Shown: piece by piece, positions 1 to 10,487 of the stretch
How the letters are laid out: each line of letters opens with the position of its first letter
Position numbering within the stretch: the first letter of the stretch is position 1
Sequence record: NZ_CP094333.1
Source of the DNA: a plasmid
Length of the DNA: 64,000 bases
Strand: one strand, 5' to 3'
The notes under the pieces: model-generated
Databases searched by the model: none
Seen by the model: the letters and a program-made list of their open reading frames with translations, nothing else
Told to the model about the DNA's origin: nothing
Program-made: the position numbers and the translations under genes

Positions 1-100
1 ATTGATAGAACAATCTCCCGGGGCTTTCACAAACGCTTTCAGCTTACAGCCTCAAGCTCCCCACCGCGATTTTGACGACTTTCGTATTTTGCAACAATAT
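1..100. repeat. Diverged partial copy (R0) of the ~165-bp direct repeat that flanks the exclusion module
   Basis: Aligns to 971-1085 and 2387-2500 with mismatches (ctcccggggctttc...cagcctcaagc...cgactttcgtat). Confidence 0.5.
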
Positions 101-414
101 CAGGTGGTCAGCCTTTCCCGTAAACTTATGGCATGTTGCATTAATCAGGTAGAACAAATTATCATTTTTAGCGTCAGTTATAGACAGCTCTTTTCTGGTC
201 AGAGTCATCAACTTTGTAGCGTAACAGTAAAAAAGCCGGCCTCACCAGTCGGTTTTTTTACGTCTTTTGTATCTGCAAAATCCGCCCCGCCATGCCCGTC
301 ACACCGGGGAAACTCATGCTCTGAACCTGAACCAGCCATCTCAACTTTGCCGTCTTCTGAAAAAACTGGCACATTCAGTTCGATAACTACCCATAAATAC
401 AGAGAGAAAATCCG

Positions 415-666
415 ATGTCAGAAAAGTGGAGTAAAGAATTCAACTCTTGCTTTCAGGTGGGGAGCATAGAAGAAATTGCCGATGCTCTCGAGAAACGCAG
501 CGGAAGCGAGGAAAACGCGTTAGCCATGCTGGCAATGACAGCCTTCACACTCATGACCCGACGTGGTATCTGCGAAATGCAGAACGTGGCCCCCGATGGC
601 AAAGGCATTCGGCTGGAGCTAATCGGCTTCAGGGGAAATGAAACAATACCGGATACGCTTCATTGA
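415..666 (+). CDS. Hypothetical small protein (83 aa) between repeat R0 and the pnd locus
   Basis: ORF with weak RBS (gagagaaaatccgATG); no recognisable motifs. Confidence 0.3.
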   Translation: MSEKWSKEFNSCFQVGSIEEIADALEKRSGSEENALAMLAMTAFTLMTRRGICEMQNVAPDGKGIRLELIGFRGNETIPDTLH

Positions 667-737
667 AGAAGAAAGGGCGCAATGAGGTCAGCCTTCGCAA
701 CAAAGCGGCGGCAGAAAACCTGCCGCCGTGTTGCCCG

Positions 738-890
738 TTAACGTTTAACTTCGTAGGCTAACGTTGCCACAAGCACTGTGTTTCCCTGCTGGAGCCGGAG
801 TACGCAAAGCGAATCCCTCACCATCCAGACAAAACACAGAATCGTCACACAGATGACGATTAACATCATTAAAAACGTTCGCTGTGGCAT
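738..890 (-). CDS. pndA: PndA, a Hok/Gef-family type I toxin (50 aa)
   Basis: Reverse strand reads (M)MPQRTFLMMLIVICVTILCFVWMVRDSLCVLRLQQGNTVLVATLAYEVKR. This is too short for the ORF track. A bidirectional hairpin at ~700-735 is the likely terminator. Confidence 0.75.
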   Translation of the reverse strand: MPQRTFLMMLIVICVTILCFVWMVRDSLCVLRLQQGNTVLVATLAYEVKR

Positions 891-918
891 CATAGCCCCT
901 CCATTGCCTTACGGCGGT

Positions 919-1085
919 TATCGGGCTACTATAATGTTGTCGAAGCATTACAGTAGAGCCCTTGGTTGATTGATAAAAAAATCTCCAGGGGCTTTCTGCT
1001 GTATACCGTCCACAAAACGCTTTCGGCATACAGCCTCAAGCGCCCGCAGCTATTCTAACGACTTTCGTATCTGTAACAATCCTTT
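919..1085. repeat. Direct repeat R1, about 165 bp and near-identical to R2
   Basis: ggctactataatgttgtcgaagcattacagtagagcccttggttgattgataaaaaaatctccagggg...cgactttcgtatctgtaacaatcc recurs at 2340-2506. It contains an internal inverted repeat gctgtataccg/cggcatacagc. Confidence 0.8.
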
Positions 1086-1204
1086 TATTATTTGAATGAT
1101 TCAGCGTTGTTTTTGACGTTAACAACCAACCCAATACATGGTTCTCTACTTCACAACAACGCATGTTATGCTGATTTTAGTTAATAAAAGAATCCCCTTA
1201 GGAG

Positions 1205-1417
1205 ATGGAAATGTCGCAATTAAAACAACCTATTTTCCTGAAAAAGATAAAAAAAGTCATCAACACAATCCCTGGGCTTGAAGAGCAAATCTTTGCATGC
1301 CGAAATAAAAAACGCAGCGACAATCCATTATTATTTATCGACAGAAAAGATGAAGAACGCATACTAATGAGTCGTCTCCAGAGCCAACAAAAAATGAAGA
1401 ACTGGCTTCTAAACTAG
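1205..1417 (+). CDS. Hypothetical lysine-rich small protein (70 aa)
   Basis: Good RBS (ttaggagATGgaaATG); AT-rich. Confidence 0.3.
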   Translation: MEMSQLKQPIFLKKIKKVINTIPGLEEQIFACRNKKRSDNPLLFIDRKDEERILMSRLQSQQKMKNWLLN

Positions 1418-1461
1418 AATCTTTATTTCATGGAAACGAATTATCGTCACCACACAGTATT

Positions 1462-2121
1462 TTGTGTTTTATATACTGGCGCTATACAAAGAAAATTTAT
1501 CGCCTAAGCGAGGACATCATCAGTGATGTGGCTAACACCTATGTTGATAACATTCCTGCACAGATCCTTAAGGAACTCCCTTCATGGAGTATCTATGTTT
1601 CAGCCGAAAATCTGCATACTATACTTCCTACGTCCTATCCGATACATGGATTTTTCTTTTATCCATTTTTGGACAATAATGGAAATATTATCCGGCTTTT
1701 CATTATTGATGATCTGAAACAAAGCCAAGGAACTACAGGGCTAAAAGAAAAGGATGTTGACGTCGTCAATAATATCATCAGAATAAAGGACTCTCGTGAA
1801 GGACTTCTTGACTCCAGAAAGATGGAGTGTATCGATGGTGAAGTCGTCGTAACAGTTAACGAAAAGCTCAAAGATTTCAGAGACAGGGAGTTTAATCTTC
1901 TTAACGCACAGATATCAATGGTGCTTTATATCTGTTCACAGATCAATGATATAAAGAAAAAAATCAATTTAAACGGTCAGAAAAGCACAAAAAGCATGTT
2001 CACACTCACCATGAACTACCAGCACAAAACATTCGGGAGTGGGACGTTGGTATTCGAATGGGGCAAGCCATACGGCAATATCGCCAAGCAGAACCCACAG
2101 GGAAAGAGCGGACAACAATAG
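1462..2121 (+). CDS. Putative entry-exclusion protein (ExcA-like), assigned by synteny only
   Basis: A 219-aa AT-rich ORF just upstream of trbABC, as excA is in IncI plasmids. No sequence motif confirms it. Confidence 0.4.
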   Translation: MCFIYWRYTKKIYRLSEDIISDVANTYVDNIPAQILKELPSWSIYVSAENLHTILPTSYPIHGFFFYPFLDNNGNIIRLFIIDDLKQSQGTTGLKEKDVDVVNNIIRIKDSREGLLDSRKMECIDGEVVVTVNEKLKDFRDREFNLLNAQISMVLYICSQINDIKKKINLNGQKSTKSMFTLTMNYQHKTFGSGTLVFEWGKPYGNIAKQNPQGKSGQQ

Positions 2122-2339
2122 GTAGCAAACGTCCTCATATACGCCGGGACACTGGCATACATACTGGACAGGAAGTAAGAAACCAGAACTAGCCCATGAG
2201 CGTAAACCTAGATTAATATGGTTACCTCCGGTACCAGTTAATTTAGAAGACGTAAACAAACTACCGGTGGTAATAACGCCCATTGATAAATGACCTGAAA
2301 AGTATCTTTTCCGGTAGGATGTACACATATCTAAATTAT

Positions 2340-2506
2340 CAGGCTACTATAATGTTGTTGAGGCATTACAGTAGAGCCCTTGGTTGATTGATAAAAAAAT
2401 CTCCAGGGGCTTTCTGCTGTATACCGTCCACAAAACGCTTTCGGCATACAGCCTCAAGCGCCCGCAGCTATTCTAACGACTTTCGTATCTGCAACAATCC
2501 TTTTAT
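2340..2506. repeat. Direct repeat R2, about 165 bp, copy of R1
   Basis: Near-identical to 919-1085. Confidence 0.8.
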
Positions 2507-2599
2507 CGCACGGCTAACTCCTCTGGTTAGCTCTTATCACCTGAAAATAAATTTTTAACCTTTCCGTTCGATTTAAATTCCAGAAATGGAGACTTTGTC

Positions 2600-3808
2600 A
2601 TGTCTTACAATCGACAGCCTGTCGCAGAAGATCCTATGCAGATATGGGGCGCTGTTGGTGTCCTTCTTATCCTGCTGCTATTCGTCATATGGTTATTCTT
2701 GCCGGAAGTGGTTTACGCCAGCTGCCTGATTCTTCATACCTTATGGGGACTGGTCGACTGGGGACCATTTCATAACTATGCAGCACCACGATACAACCTG
2801 CTTGCCATGACCGGTAACAACGCCGCCAACATAAGCTATAGCCAGTGGGTTAACGTCATGGAACAGACCATAGGTATTCTGTGGATGTACCTCTTACCTG
2901 TGACACTCTGGTGTTTGTGGGAGTGGTATCAACATCCGGGACAAAGCCGTTTCACCCGCAGACCAGTAGATATTACCCGACTGCCACACATCTTTGCTTC
3001 GTTATCCCCTGCTATCGCCCCTGTACTGGCAGATGGTGATCCGGAAAAACTCTTTCATGGTGGTAAACGACCTGAACGGCGGGTTGCTCTCACCCCGGAA
3101 GCATTTGTCGAACAGCATACTCTCATCACCAATATGCAGCTCGATGTTGCAGCTGCAAGACGATGTTTCATGGCCCAGTTGGGTAAACCTTTAACGTCCT
3201 GGAAAGACATGGCACCACATGAAAAAGCGCTCTTTGCCATATTTGGCCTTCAGTATTTCCTGGATGATCGTAAGGCAGCATTAAAGCTCATGGATACACT
3301 GAACCTCTCATGCAGAATTAAAAGCAAACGGGACAGCGGGAAATTCTGTACCCCTGTTTATTCACTGGCCAAATCAGCTTTCCAGAGAGTGATTAAAAGC
3401 AACGGAGCACAGCAATGGCTGAAACAACATCGCTACGTCCGCAGTGGGCTGGTCTGGCTGTATGCACATGACCTGCGGCTTACGCCACCCAACTGGATTT
3501 GGCTGAAAGGCGTGGACAGGACGCTGTTTTATGCATTACACCGCGCCAATACCACGAAAGGATTTATTGAAGGCGCTGGCGTGGTGGCCGTTGCACGTGC
3601 AGAGGCCGAAGCCATGCGTTTTGGTCTTCCCTGCCCTGAACCCTGTGTTGATGAAGCGGTGGAAGGCTTACGGCGGGATATGCTCAGTCTCGGTCTTATC
3701 TGGGATGAACCACAACCAGATCGCGACCGGAAACGCCGCATCCTGACCAACTGGTCCCTCACCGACGACATCCTGCCCCGCACACCTGCTACAGACAACG
3801 AATTCTGA
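2600..3808 (+). CDS. trbA: TrbA-like IncI transfer protein with an N-terminal transmembrane segment
   Basis: Position and size match the IncI1 trbA-trbB-trbC-nikB-nikA order. RBS gaaatggagact precedes the ATG. Confidence 0.7.
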   Translation: MSYNRQPVAEDPMQIWGAVGVLLILLLFVIWLFLPEVVYASCLILHTLWGLVDWGPFHNYAAPRYNLLAMTGNNAANISYSQWVNVMEQTIGILWMYLLPVTLWCLWEWYQHPGQSRFTRRPVDITRLPHIFASLSPAIAPVLADGDPEKLFHGGKRPERRVALTPEAFVEQHTLITNMQLDVAAARRCFMAQLGKPLTSWKDMAPHEKALFAIFGLQYFLDDRKAALKLMDTLNLSCRIKSKRDSGKFCTPVYSLAKSAFQRVIKSNGAQQWLKQHRYVRSGLVWLYAHDLRLTPPNWIWLKGVDRTLFYALHRANTTKGFIEGAGVVAVARAEAEAMRFGLPCPEPCVDEAVEGLRRDMLSLGLIWDEPQPDRDRKRRILTNWSLTDDILPRTPATDNEF

Positions 3809-3826
3809 TTATCCGGAGAACTGAAA

Positions 3827-4897
3827 ATGACAATCGAGTACTTTGCAACACGCATTGCAAAACATATTTCCGTGCAGGCAATCTGGCCGGATGGCAGGAC
3901 AGAAATTATTGCCGTCCTTCCACGGGATGCCCTGTCAGGGCTGGTAACACGAAATAATCAACTGATTCATATAGCCTTTGACGCCATGGGCACCCGTAAC
4001 AGAGAAACCGTCCTGATTGATAAACAGGAGCATAACGCTGACCAGATACTTACAGCTATTGATTCCTGCCTGCGCCTTGAATATCTGATGGAACGCCGCT
4101 TCAGCAGAACACCTTTGTTCCGTGGCATAATCGCCAGCGTTGTGCTGTTCGTAATGGCAACGATTGGCTTCTCTCTGTTCCGCTATGTTGATCGTGTATT
4201 CTGGGATGATACAACGCCTGAAGCAGTACAGACAGCAGGTGAGCCACGACTGCTACCCCCTCACCTGAATCACACTGTGCCATTAAATGAAGGCATTCAA
4301 CTCCCGGTTCCCCCGAAAAAAGACGTCCAGGTCCCGGAGAAAACAATCACAAGCAAAAATCCGGAAGCCGCAGCTGCGCGACATAATCTGGCTACTGTTC
4401 TGAAGCGGAACGCCGATCGGGGCATGTTTACCATCAACCTGTCATCCGGTCATGAACGAACCCTGTTCGCATTTCTCGATCCTGCCTGTCCTAACTGCAG
4501 ACTTCTGGAGCCGGCCTTAAAACGCCTGGCCAGCGACTTCAATGTCGTTATCTACCCGGTTTCAGTTATTGGTGGAGAGGAATCCACCGACCGTGTGGCA
4601 CCACTGCTGTGTGAAAAAGATGCTCAGAAACGTGCTGCCGGCTGGCACCGACTGTATTCCGCAGATAACGGAATGATGACGCCACCAGAAGAAACAACGC
4701 CTGCAGATGAAACATGCCTGAAAGCGGCCAGAGCTGCAATTGATGTAAACAATGTCGCCTTCCGTAAGTTCGGATTTGCCGGTACCCCATGGGTGCTGTC
4801 CGACACCGGCTGGCATCTGCCTACAGGAATTCTGCAGGAAACTGGCACGCTTAATTTATTCCTGAAAACCACCGACAGCGAGTCTGGCCATGAGTGA
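3827..4897 (+). CDS. trbB: TrbB, a thioredoxin-fold DsbC-like disulfide isomerase of the IncI transfer system
   Basis: CPNC active-site motif (FLDPACPNCRLLEP) and an N-terminal transmembrane helix. Confidence 0.8.
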   Translation: MTIEYFATRIAKHISVQAIWPDGRTEIIAVLPRDALSGLVTRNNQLIHIAFDAMGTRNRETVLIDKQEHNADQILTAIDSCLRLEYLMERRFSRTPLFRGIIASVVLFVMATIGFSLFRYVDRVFWDDTTPEAVQTAGEPRLLPPHLNHTVPLNEGIQLPVPPKKDVQVPEKTITSKNPEAAAARHNLATVLKRNADRGMFTINLSSGHERTLFAFLDPACPNCRLLEPALKRLASDFNVVIYPVSVIGGEESTDRVAPLLCEKDAQKRAAGWHRLYSADNGMMTPPEETTPADETCLKAARAAIDVNNVAFRKFGFAGTPWVLSDTGWHLPTGILQETGTLNLFLKTTDSESGHE

Positions 4898-7181
4898 ACA
4901 TCGCGTTAACCCCGAGCTTTTACACCGTACAGCCTGGGGAAATCCTGTCTGGAATGCACTCCAGAGTCTCAATATCTATGGCTTTTGCCTGGTGGCAAGT
5001 CTTGTGGCCAGTTTTATCTGGCCACTTGCATTACCGGCATGTCTGTTGTTCACACTGATAACAATGCTGGTATTTAGTCTGCAGCGATGGCGCTGCCCTC
5101 TTCGTATGCCCATGACGCTGGAATGTGCTGACCCGTCACAGGACAGAATGATTAAAAGAAGTCTTTTCAGCTTCTGGCCAACCCTGTTCCAGTATGAGGT
5201 CATTCTGGAATCACCGGCCAGCGGCATATTCTATGTTGGTTATCAACGCGTCAGGGATATTGGCAGGGAGTTATGGCTGAGTATGGACGATCTGACCCGC
5301 CATATAATGTTTTTCGCCACCACCGGTGGCGGTAAAACGGAAACCATCTTTGCCTGGGCGATTAACCCACTTTGCTGGGCAAGAGGATTCACCCTTGTCG
5401 ATGGCAAGGCACAGAATGATACGGCAAGAACGATCTGGTATCTGGCCAGACGCTTTGGACGTGAAGACGATGTGGAAGTCATTAACTTCATGAACGGAGG
5501 AAAATCCCGCAGTGAAATCATTCTGAGTGGTGAAAAAACGCGTCCTCAGTCAAATACCTGGAATCCCTTCTGTTACAGCACTGAGGCATTCACAGCGGAG
5601 ACAATGCAGTCAATGCTGCCCCAGAACGTCCAGGGGGGCGAGTGGCAGTCCCGGGCCATTGCCATGAATAAGGCACTGGTATTTGGTACTAAATTCTGGT
5701 GTGTGCGCGAAGGCAAAACAATGTCGCTGCAGATGCTCCGTGAACATATGACTCTCGAAGGGATGGCCAAACTTTACTGTCGTGGCCTCGATGATCAGTG
5801 GCCGGAAGAAGCTATCGCACCGTTACGTAACTACCTTCAGGACGTTCCCGGTTTCGACCTGTCGCTGGTCAGGACACCATCAGCCTGGACGGAAGAACCC
5901 AGAAAACAACATGCTTATCTCTCCGGGCAGTTTTCTGAAACTTTCAGCACATTCACGGAAGCATTCGGGGATATTTTTGCTGAAGATTCCGGTGATATCG
6001 ATATCCGTGACAGCATTCACAGCGACAGGATTCTGATGGTAATGATCCCCGCTCTGGATACATCAGCGCATACAACGTCTGCTCTTGGACGAATGTTTAT
6101 CACCCAGAAAAGTATGATTCTCGCCCGTGATTTGGGCTACCGCCTCGAAGGAACTGATTCCGATGCACTGGAAGTCAAAAAATATAAGGGGCGTTTCCCT
6201 TATCTGTGTTTCCTTGATGAAGTGGGGGCATACTATACGGACCGTATTGCTGTGGAAGCCACTCAGGTGCGTTCACTGGATTTTGCTCTGATTTTGATGG
6301 CACAGGACCAGGAACGTATAGAAGGACAGACAACAGCCACGAATACTGCAACACTGATGCAGAACACGGGGACAAAATTTGCCGGCAGGATTGTCAGCGA
6401 GGGCAGTACGGCCAGAACGCTGAAAAGCGCCGCCGGTGAAGAAGCCAGGGCGAGAATGAACAACCTGCAGCGTCAGGACGGCATATTTGGTGAATCATGG
6501 ATTGACAGCCCACAAATCAGCATCCTGATGGAAAGCAAGATAAATGTTCAGGAGTTGATTGAACTTCATCCTGGCGAATTCTTTTCTATTTTCCGGGGAG
6601 AAACCGTACCATCAGCATCATTCTTCATCCCTGACGATGAGAAAAGCTGCAGCAGCGATCCCGTTGTTATAAACAGGTATATCAGCGTGGATGCGCCACG
6701 CCTGGACCGTCTCCGCCGTCTTGTTCCCCGTACCACTCAACGTCGAATACCGTCACCGGAAAATGTCAGTGCCATCATTGGCGTCCTGACTGCAAAACCC
6801 TCCAGAAAAAGACGAAAAATTCGCACAGAGCCGCACACGATCGTGGATACATTCCAGCAACGCATTGCAGGACGTCAGGCGGCTATGGCAATGCTGGAAG
6901 AGTACGACACAGATATCAACGCACGTGAAAGTGCCTTGTGGGAAACAGCGGTGAATACGCTTAAAACGACCACACGGGAAGAGCGACGAATTCGCTATAT
7001 CACGCTGAACAGACCAGAACTACCTGAAACAAAAGAGGAAAATCAGATATCAGTGAGAGCAGAAAGAGCAGGTATAAACCTGTTAACGCTTCCACAGGAC
7101 AATAACCACCCGACAGGGCGTCCTGTAAACGGGTTTCATCATAAAAAAACCAACCGTCCGGACTGGGACGGAATGTACTGA
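4890..7181 (+). CDS. trbC: TrbC, a type IVB coupling ATPase (DotL/IcmO-like)
   Basis: 763 aa with Walker A (FFATTGGGKTET). N-terminal transmembrane segments. The start overlaps the trbB stop. Confidence 0.8.
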   Translation: MSEHRVNPELLHRTAWGNPVWNALQSLNIYGFCLVASLVASFIWPLALPACLLFTLITMLVFSLQRWRCPLRMPMTLECADPSQDRMIKRSLFSFWPTLFQYEVILESPASGIFYVGYQRVRDIGRELWLSMDDLTRHIMFFATTGGGKTETIFAWAINPLCWARGFTLVDGKAQNDTARTIWYLARRFGREDDVEVINFMNGGKSRSEIILSGEKTRPQSNTWNPFCYSTEAFTAETMQSMLPQNVQGGEWQSRAIAMNKALVFGTKFWCVREGKTMSLQMLREHMTLEGMAKLYCRGLDDQWPEEAIAPLRNYLQDVPGFDLSLVRTPSAWTEEPRKQHAYLSGQFSETFSTFTEAFGDIFAEDSGDIDIRDSIHSDRILMVMIPALDTSAHTTSALGRMFITQKSMILARDLGYRLEGTDSDALEVKKYKGRFPYLCFLDEVGAYYTDRIAVEATQVRSLDFALILMAQDQERIEGQTTATNTATLMQNTGTKFAGRIVSEGSTARTLKSAAGEEARARMNNLQRQDGIFGESWIDSPQISILMESKINVQELIELHPGEFFSIFRGETVPSASFFIPDDEKSCSSDPVVINRYISVDAPRLDRLRRLVPRTTQRRIPSPENVSAIIGVLTAKPSRKRRKIRTEPHTIVDTFQQRIAGRQAAMAMLEEYDTDINARESALWETAVNTLKTTTREERRIRYITLNRPELPETKEENQISVRAERAGINLLTLPQDNNHPTGRPVNGFHHKKTNRPDWDGMY

Positions 7182-7186
7182 ACAGT

Positions 7187-7219
7187 GGCCGCGCCGGATT
7201 CTGGCGCGGCCTTTTTTTT
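7187..7219. terminator. Bidirectional rho-independent terminator between convergent trbC and nikB
   Basis: ggccgcgccggattctggcgcggcc hairpin followed by T8. Confidence 0.6.
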
Positions 7220-9917
7220 AACCTGGAGAAGGCGGTTCCCAGCGTTTATCCTGCTCCGGCGGAGGCAGTGATGCGTCATCGTTGCTGTTCGCCGCGATAT
7301 AATCGCGGTAGTAGCGTTCACTTCCTTCACGGTGATGATCCACGTCCGGTCGCGTAATCCTGTAGTCTTCGTGACCGGTACGGCCTGTCACATTATGCCA
7401 GGCAACCATTTCAGCAAAGACCTGGTTAAATTGTTTGTCGTTTCCTTCTGGTTCAAAACCCATGCGTGGATCACGCCCGAATAATACCGGTGCAATCAAA
7501 TCCAGTTTATCTGCCAGCGCATTGCGGTCATGGTGATTACGGAAAACAACCCTGTCACCATAATCCGTACAGACAAACTCTCCCGTCCGACGGTCACGGA
7601 AACGAACACTCCCGTTCTTCTGCAGACGGGCCTCGAGATCACCGGTATTACCGTATACCGGCGTTCCGCCCGGTTCACAAAGCACGACACAGCGGTCTGT
7701 CGTCGTTGTGCGTGACCTGTCTTTACGGCGATCGCGATAATCCCAGCCTCTCAGCTGCGATACAGCAGCCCTGTCTCCCTGAGCAGCCTGAATTTCGACC
7801 CACTGACGGTAAGAGGGTGGATACCATTTCCCATCAGCAATAAGTTTCTGTCGCTCATCCCTGATGTCTTCTTTCAGCCTGATCAATGCCTGCATTCGCT
7901 GAACTTCTGCAATGTGATAATGCAGCTTACGTAATGCCGGATCATCGTACTGCGCACGAATGTGTGACTTCCGCAGACGGCATGCCTGATGAATTTCCCG
8001 ACAACGTTCCCCATAACGCAGATCTGGTTTACGCCATTGTTCACGCCATGCCAGATAGCGGGCACGCAGGTCAGCACGGGCCTCAGCTCTGGCTTCACGT
8101 CGCTGCCGGCGCAGCATTGGGTCACGTTTACTGCTGACCCCGTACCTGTCACTGACAGCCAGCTCCGGGTTATAGCGACTTTCAGGTTGCACCCTGTCAA
8201 ACAAATCTGCTGGGGCACTCACAAAAGGTCCGGCCTGTGGCTCTGCACGCCCCAGTGTCAGATCAGGATGAATGCTGCTGGCCTTCACCGGCGTTTGCTC
8301 ATGATTAAAGGCATCAACGACAACAAGCCCGTGATGTTGTTTCTGTAGCATCAGTCCCTGTTGTGCAAACAGCTCATGACAACGCTGCCAGGTAAACTCA
8401 CCCTGTGTGATCATTTCTTCAATCTGAGGGCTACAATGGCTGATGCTGTATCCCCACAGACTTTCTTTGTCAGAAAACAGTTCGCGTTTGATAGCCCCCT
8501 GCGGCCCCGTGCCTGTACGCATACGGTGCCATTCTTTATCGGTCGCAGGACAGCTCTCCATACGACGACCACGGAAGCGTTCTGTTGGCGTAACCTGGCG
8601 GAAAATATCTGTTGGTACAGGCTGCCAGCCACCATCGAGTTGATTCACATTGTCGAGCGTCAGCAGCGACCATACGCTGTCAGCACGAACGGGAGTCTGG
8701 TTATGATCATAACCGTCACAGATAACCAGGTGACCATGCTGAACACGCATCCATAATCCCGCTTCAGCCAGTGTGCGGTGAATAGCCTGGCAGTTTTCCA
8801 GCCGTCCTTCCCGTGCCATTTCCGGCAGACGTTCTCCAAGATGACGACAGGCATACTGCTGCAGACTTTCTGTTTCAGCGATTTTTTCCGGGCGAACATC
8901 AGCGGCAATGAAGTCCGGATTATAGCGTCCTGGTGCTTCCACCTGGCTGAAAATGTCTTTTGGTACTGGCGTGTAGTCACCCATTTTTTTCATGAGTTTT
9001 TCTGCACACCAGGAGGGACCAAACGAGTCAAGCTGTACACCTTCCCTGTTGCGATCCCAGCCATCCATCACCAGAAATTTTCCGTCCATCTGAGACAGGT
9101 ACAGACCATCTTCCGCAAGACGACGATGCAGGGATAACCAATCATTTACAGGTTCACTGCGTAAACCAGCGACCGCTGTCTGCGCGACATACTCGCGAAA
9201 AGTTTGTTTTTTTCCGCGTGTCCAAGCGTTCTGGCGATCACGTTCAACGGCAGTTTTGCGAACGATACGATTTCCCGGCGCATGGACCCAGCAACCGTTA
9301 TCCGGAGCAAAACCATGCTTCAGTTCAAGCTCACGGCAGGCACGGCTGAGTTTTTCCTGACTCCATGAAAGGCAATTGAGATAACCTGTAACCGGATGTA
9401 CCCGGTTGACCGCAACGTGAACATGCAGGTTATCAGTATCGGTATGTACGGCAGAAACATACTGATGTTCACCCAGCCCGAGGGATTTCAGGGTATGGCG
9501 TACACTGTCATAAATCTGTTCCGGACGCGGGCTTTCATGGGCCTGCCAGGAAAGAATGTAGTGAAAAACAGGATCAGTATTATCTTTCGCATAGTGTGCC
9601 TGCTGTGCAATGTACTCCATATCTGCAGCGGCAGTTTCAAGAGATGTACAGTTGTGAAAACAGGTCACACCATAAAAGTTAACCCATTCGCAGCCGTCCT
9701 TCATGACATCAACCAGCGCCACGAATGACTCATTTCGAAGACGTGTCGCATAATCAACAAGGCGACTGAAACGGCTTCGGTGCGGTTGTTCAGCCTGCGA
9801 AGAAGAAGATAAATCCAGTTCCTCATCGGTCATGTCATCCCGGACAGAGACGTAGGATACCAGGTCTTCGAACGAAGACTTGCCGTCCCTTCTCTTTTTC
9901 GGAATGACTGCATTCAC
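7218..9917 (-). CDS. nikB: NikB relaxase (MOBP type)
   Basis: 899 aa, the same length and N-terminus as R64 NikB. Lies next to nikA and oriT. Confidence 0.9.
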   Translation of the reverse strand: MNAVIPKKRRDGKSSFEDLVSYVSVRDDMTDEELDLSSSSQAEQPHRSRFSRLVDYATRLRNESFVALVDVMKDGCEWVNFYGVTCFHNCTSLETAAADMEYIAQQAHYAKDNTDPVFHYILSWQAHESPRPEQIYDSVRHTLKSLGLGEHQYVSAVHTDTDNLHVHVAVNRVHPVTGYLNCLSWSQEKLSRACRELELKHGFAPDNGCWVHAPGNRIVRKTAVERDRQNAWTRGKKQTFREYVAQTAVAGLRSEPVNDWLSLHRRLAEDGLYLSQMDGKFLVMDGWDRNREGVQLDSFGPSWCAEKLMKKMGDYTPVPKDIFSQVEAPGRYNPDFIAADVRPEKIAETESLQQYACRHLGERLPEMAREGRLENCQAIHRTLAEAGLWMRVQHGHLVICDGYDHNQTPVRADSVWSLLTLDNVNQLDGGWQPVPTDIFRQVTPTERFRGRRMESCPATDKEWHRMRTGTGPQGAIKRELFSDKESLWGYSISHCSPQIEEMITQGEFTWQRCHELFAQQGLMLQKQHHGLVVVDAFNHEQTPVKASSIHPDLTLGRAEPQAGPFVSAPADLFDRVQPESRYNPELAVSDRYGVSSKRDPMLRRQRREARAEARADLRARYLAWREQWRKPDLRYGERCREIHQACRLRKSHIRAQYDDPALRKLHYHIAEVQRMQALIRLKEDIRDERQKLIADGKWYPPSYRQWVEIQAAQGDRAAVSQLRGWDYRDRRKDRSRTTTTDRCVVLCEPGGTPVYGNTGDLEARLQKNGSVRFRDRRTGEFVCTDYGDRVVFRNHHDRNALADKLDLIAPVLFGRDPRMGFEPEGNDKQFNQVFAEMVAWHNVTGRTGHEDYRITRPDVDHHREGSERYYRDYIAANSNDDASLPPPEQDKRWEPPSPG

Positions 9918-9927
9918 CGGAGAATCC

Positions 9928-10260
9928 TCAACCTTCCATTAACTGTTTACGCAATGTATTTGTAAGTTCGGTTATGGCAACAAGTACTTCTGCGTATTCC
10001 TTGTCACCGGTTCTTTTTCCCTGAACAAACAGATGCTTCTGCATCCTTCCCAGTCTCATTAACTCCTTCAGAAAAGCATCATCTGTACGGGAGTTAATTC
10101 GCTTATTCAGTGCTGCATTTCGGATGTAAGCAGATACAGTAAGTCCGGAATCTTCAGCTTTTTTCCTGATGGTTTCATCCTCAACAGGAGAGAATCTGAG
10201 TGTCCTGACAACTGTCTTTTGCCGTACCTCACTTTTCTTTCTTACCGCACTATCACTCAC
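9928..10260 (-). CDS. nikA: NikA, a ribbon-helix-helix oriT-binding relaxosome accessory protein
   Basis: 110 aa, located between nikB and the oriT inverted repeat. Confidence 0.85.
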   Translation of the reverse strand: MSDSAVRKKSEVRQKTVVRTLRFSPVEDETIRKKAEDSGLTVSAYIRNAALNKRINSRTDDAFLKELMRLGRMQKHLFVQGKRTGDKEYAEVLVAITELTNTLRKQLMEG

Positions 10261-10264
10261 TTCA

Positions 10265-10350
10265 GGCTCCTTACGGGGTGTCGGGGCGAAGCCCTGACCA
10301 GATGGTAATTGTAATAGCGTCGCGTGTGACGGTATTACAATTACACATCC
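10265..10350. other. Origin of transfer (oriT) of IncI type
   Basis: Inverted repeat taattgtaatagcgtcgcgtgtgacggtattacaatta at 10307-10343, preceded by the G-rich nick region ggtgtcggggcgaagccctgaccagatgg, immediately upstream of nikA. Confidence 0.6.
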
Positions 10351-10487
10351 TGTCCCGTTTTTCAGGCCATTATAGCCTGTTATTTTTGTGCATCATAGTC
10401 TTATGCAGACGGCAGAGGCAGGGCGCAGCCCTGCCAGGAGTCAGTTTTTGATGATAAAATCAGACTTCAACATGAAACGGAGAGAAA

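Noticed and set aside
2-469. 155-aa ORF at the window start
   Set aside because: It begins inside the R0 repeat and overlaps the better-supported 83-aa ORF. The window edge prevents further assessment.
745-1029. 94-aa minus-strand ORF
   Set aside because: Out-of-frame overlap of the pndA locus and the R1 repeat. The real product here is the 50-aa PndA, and perhaps the PndC leader.
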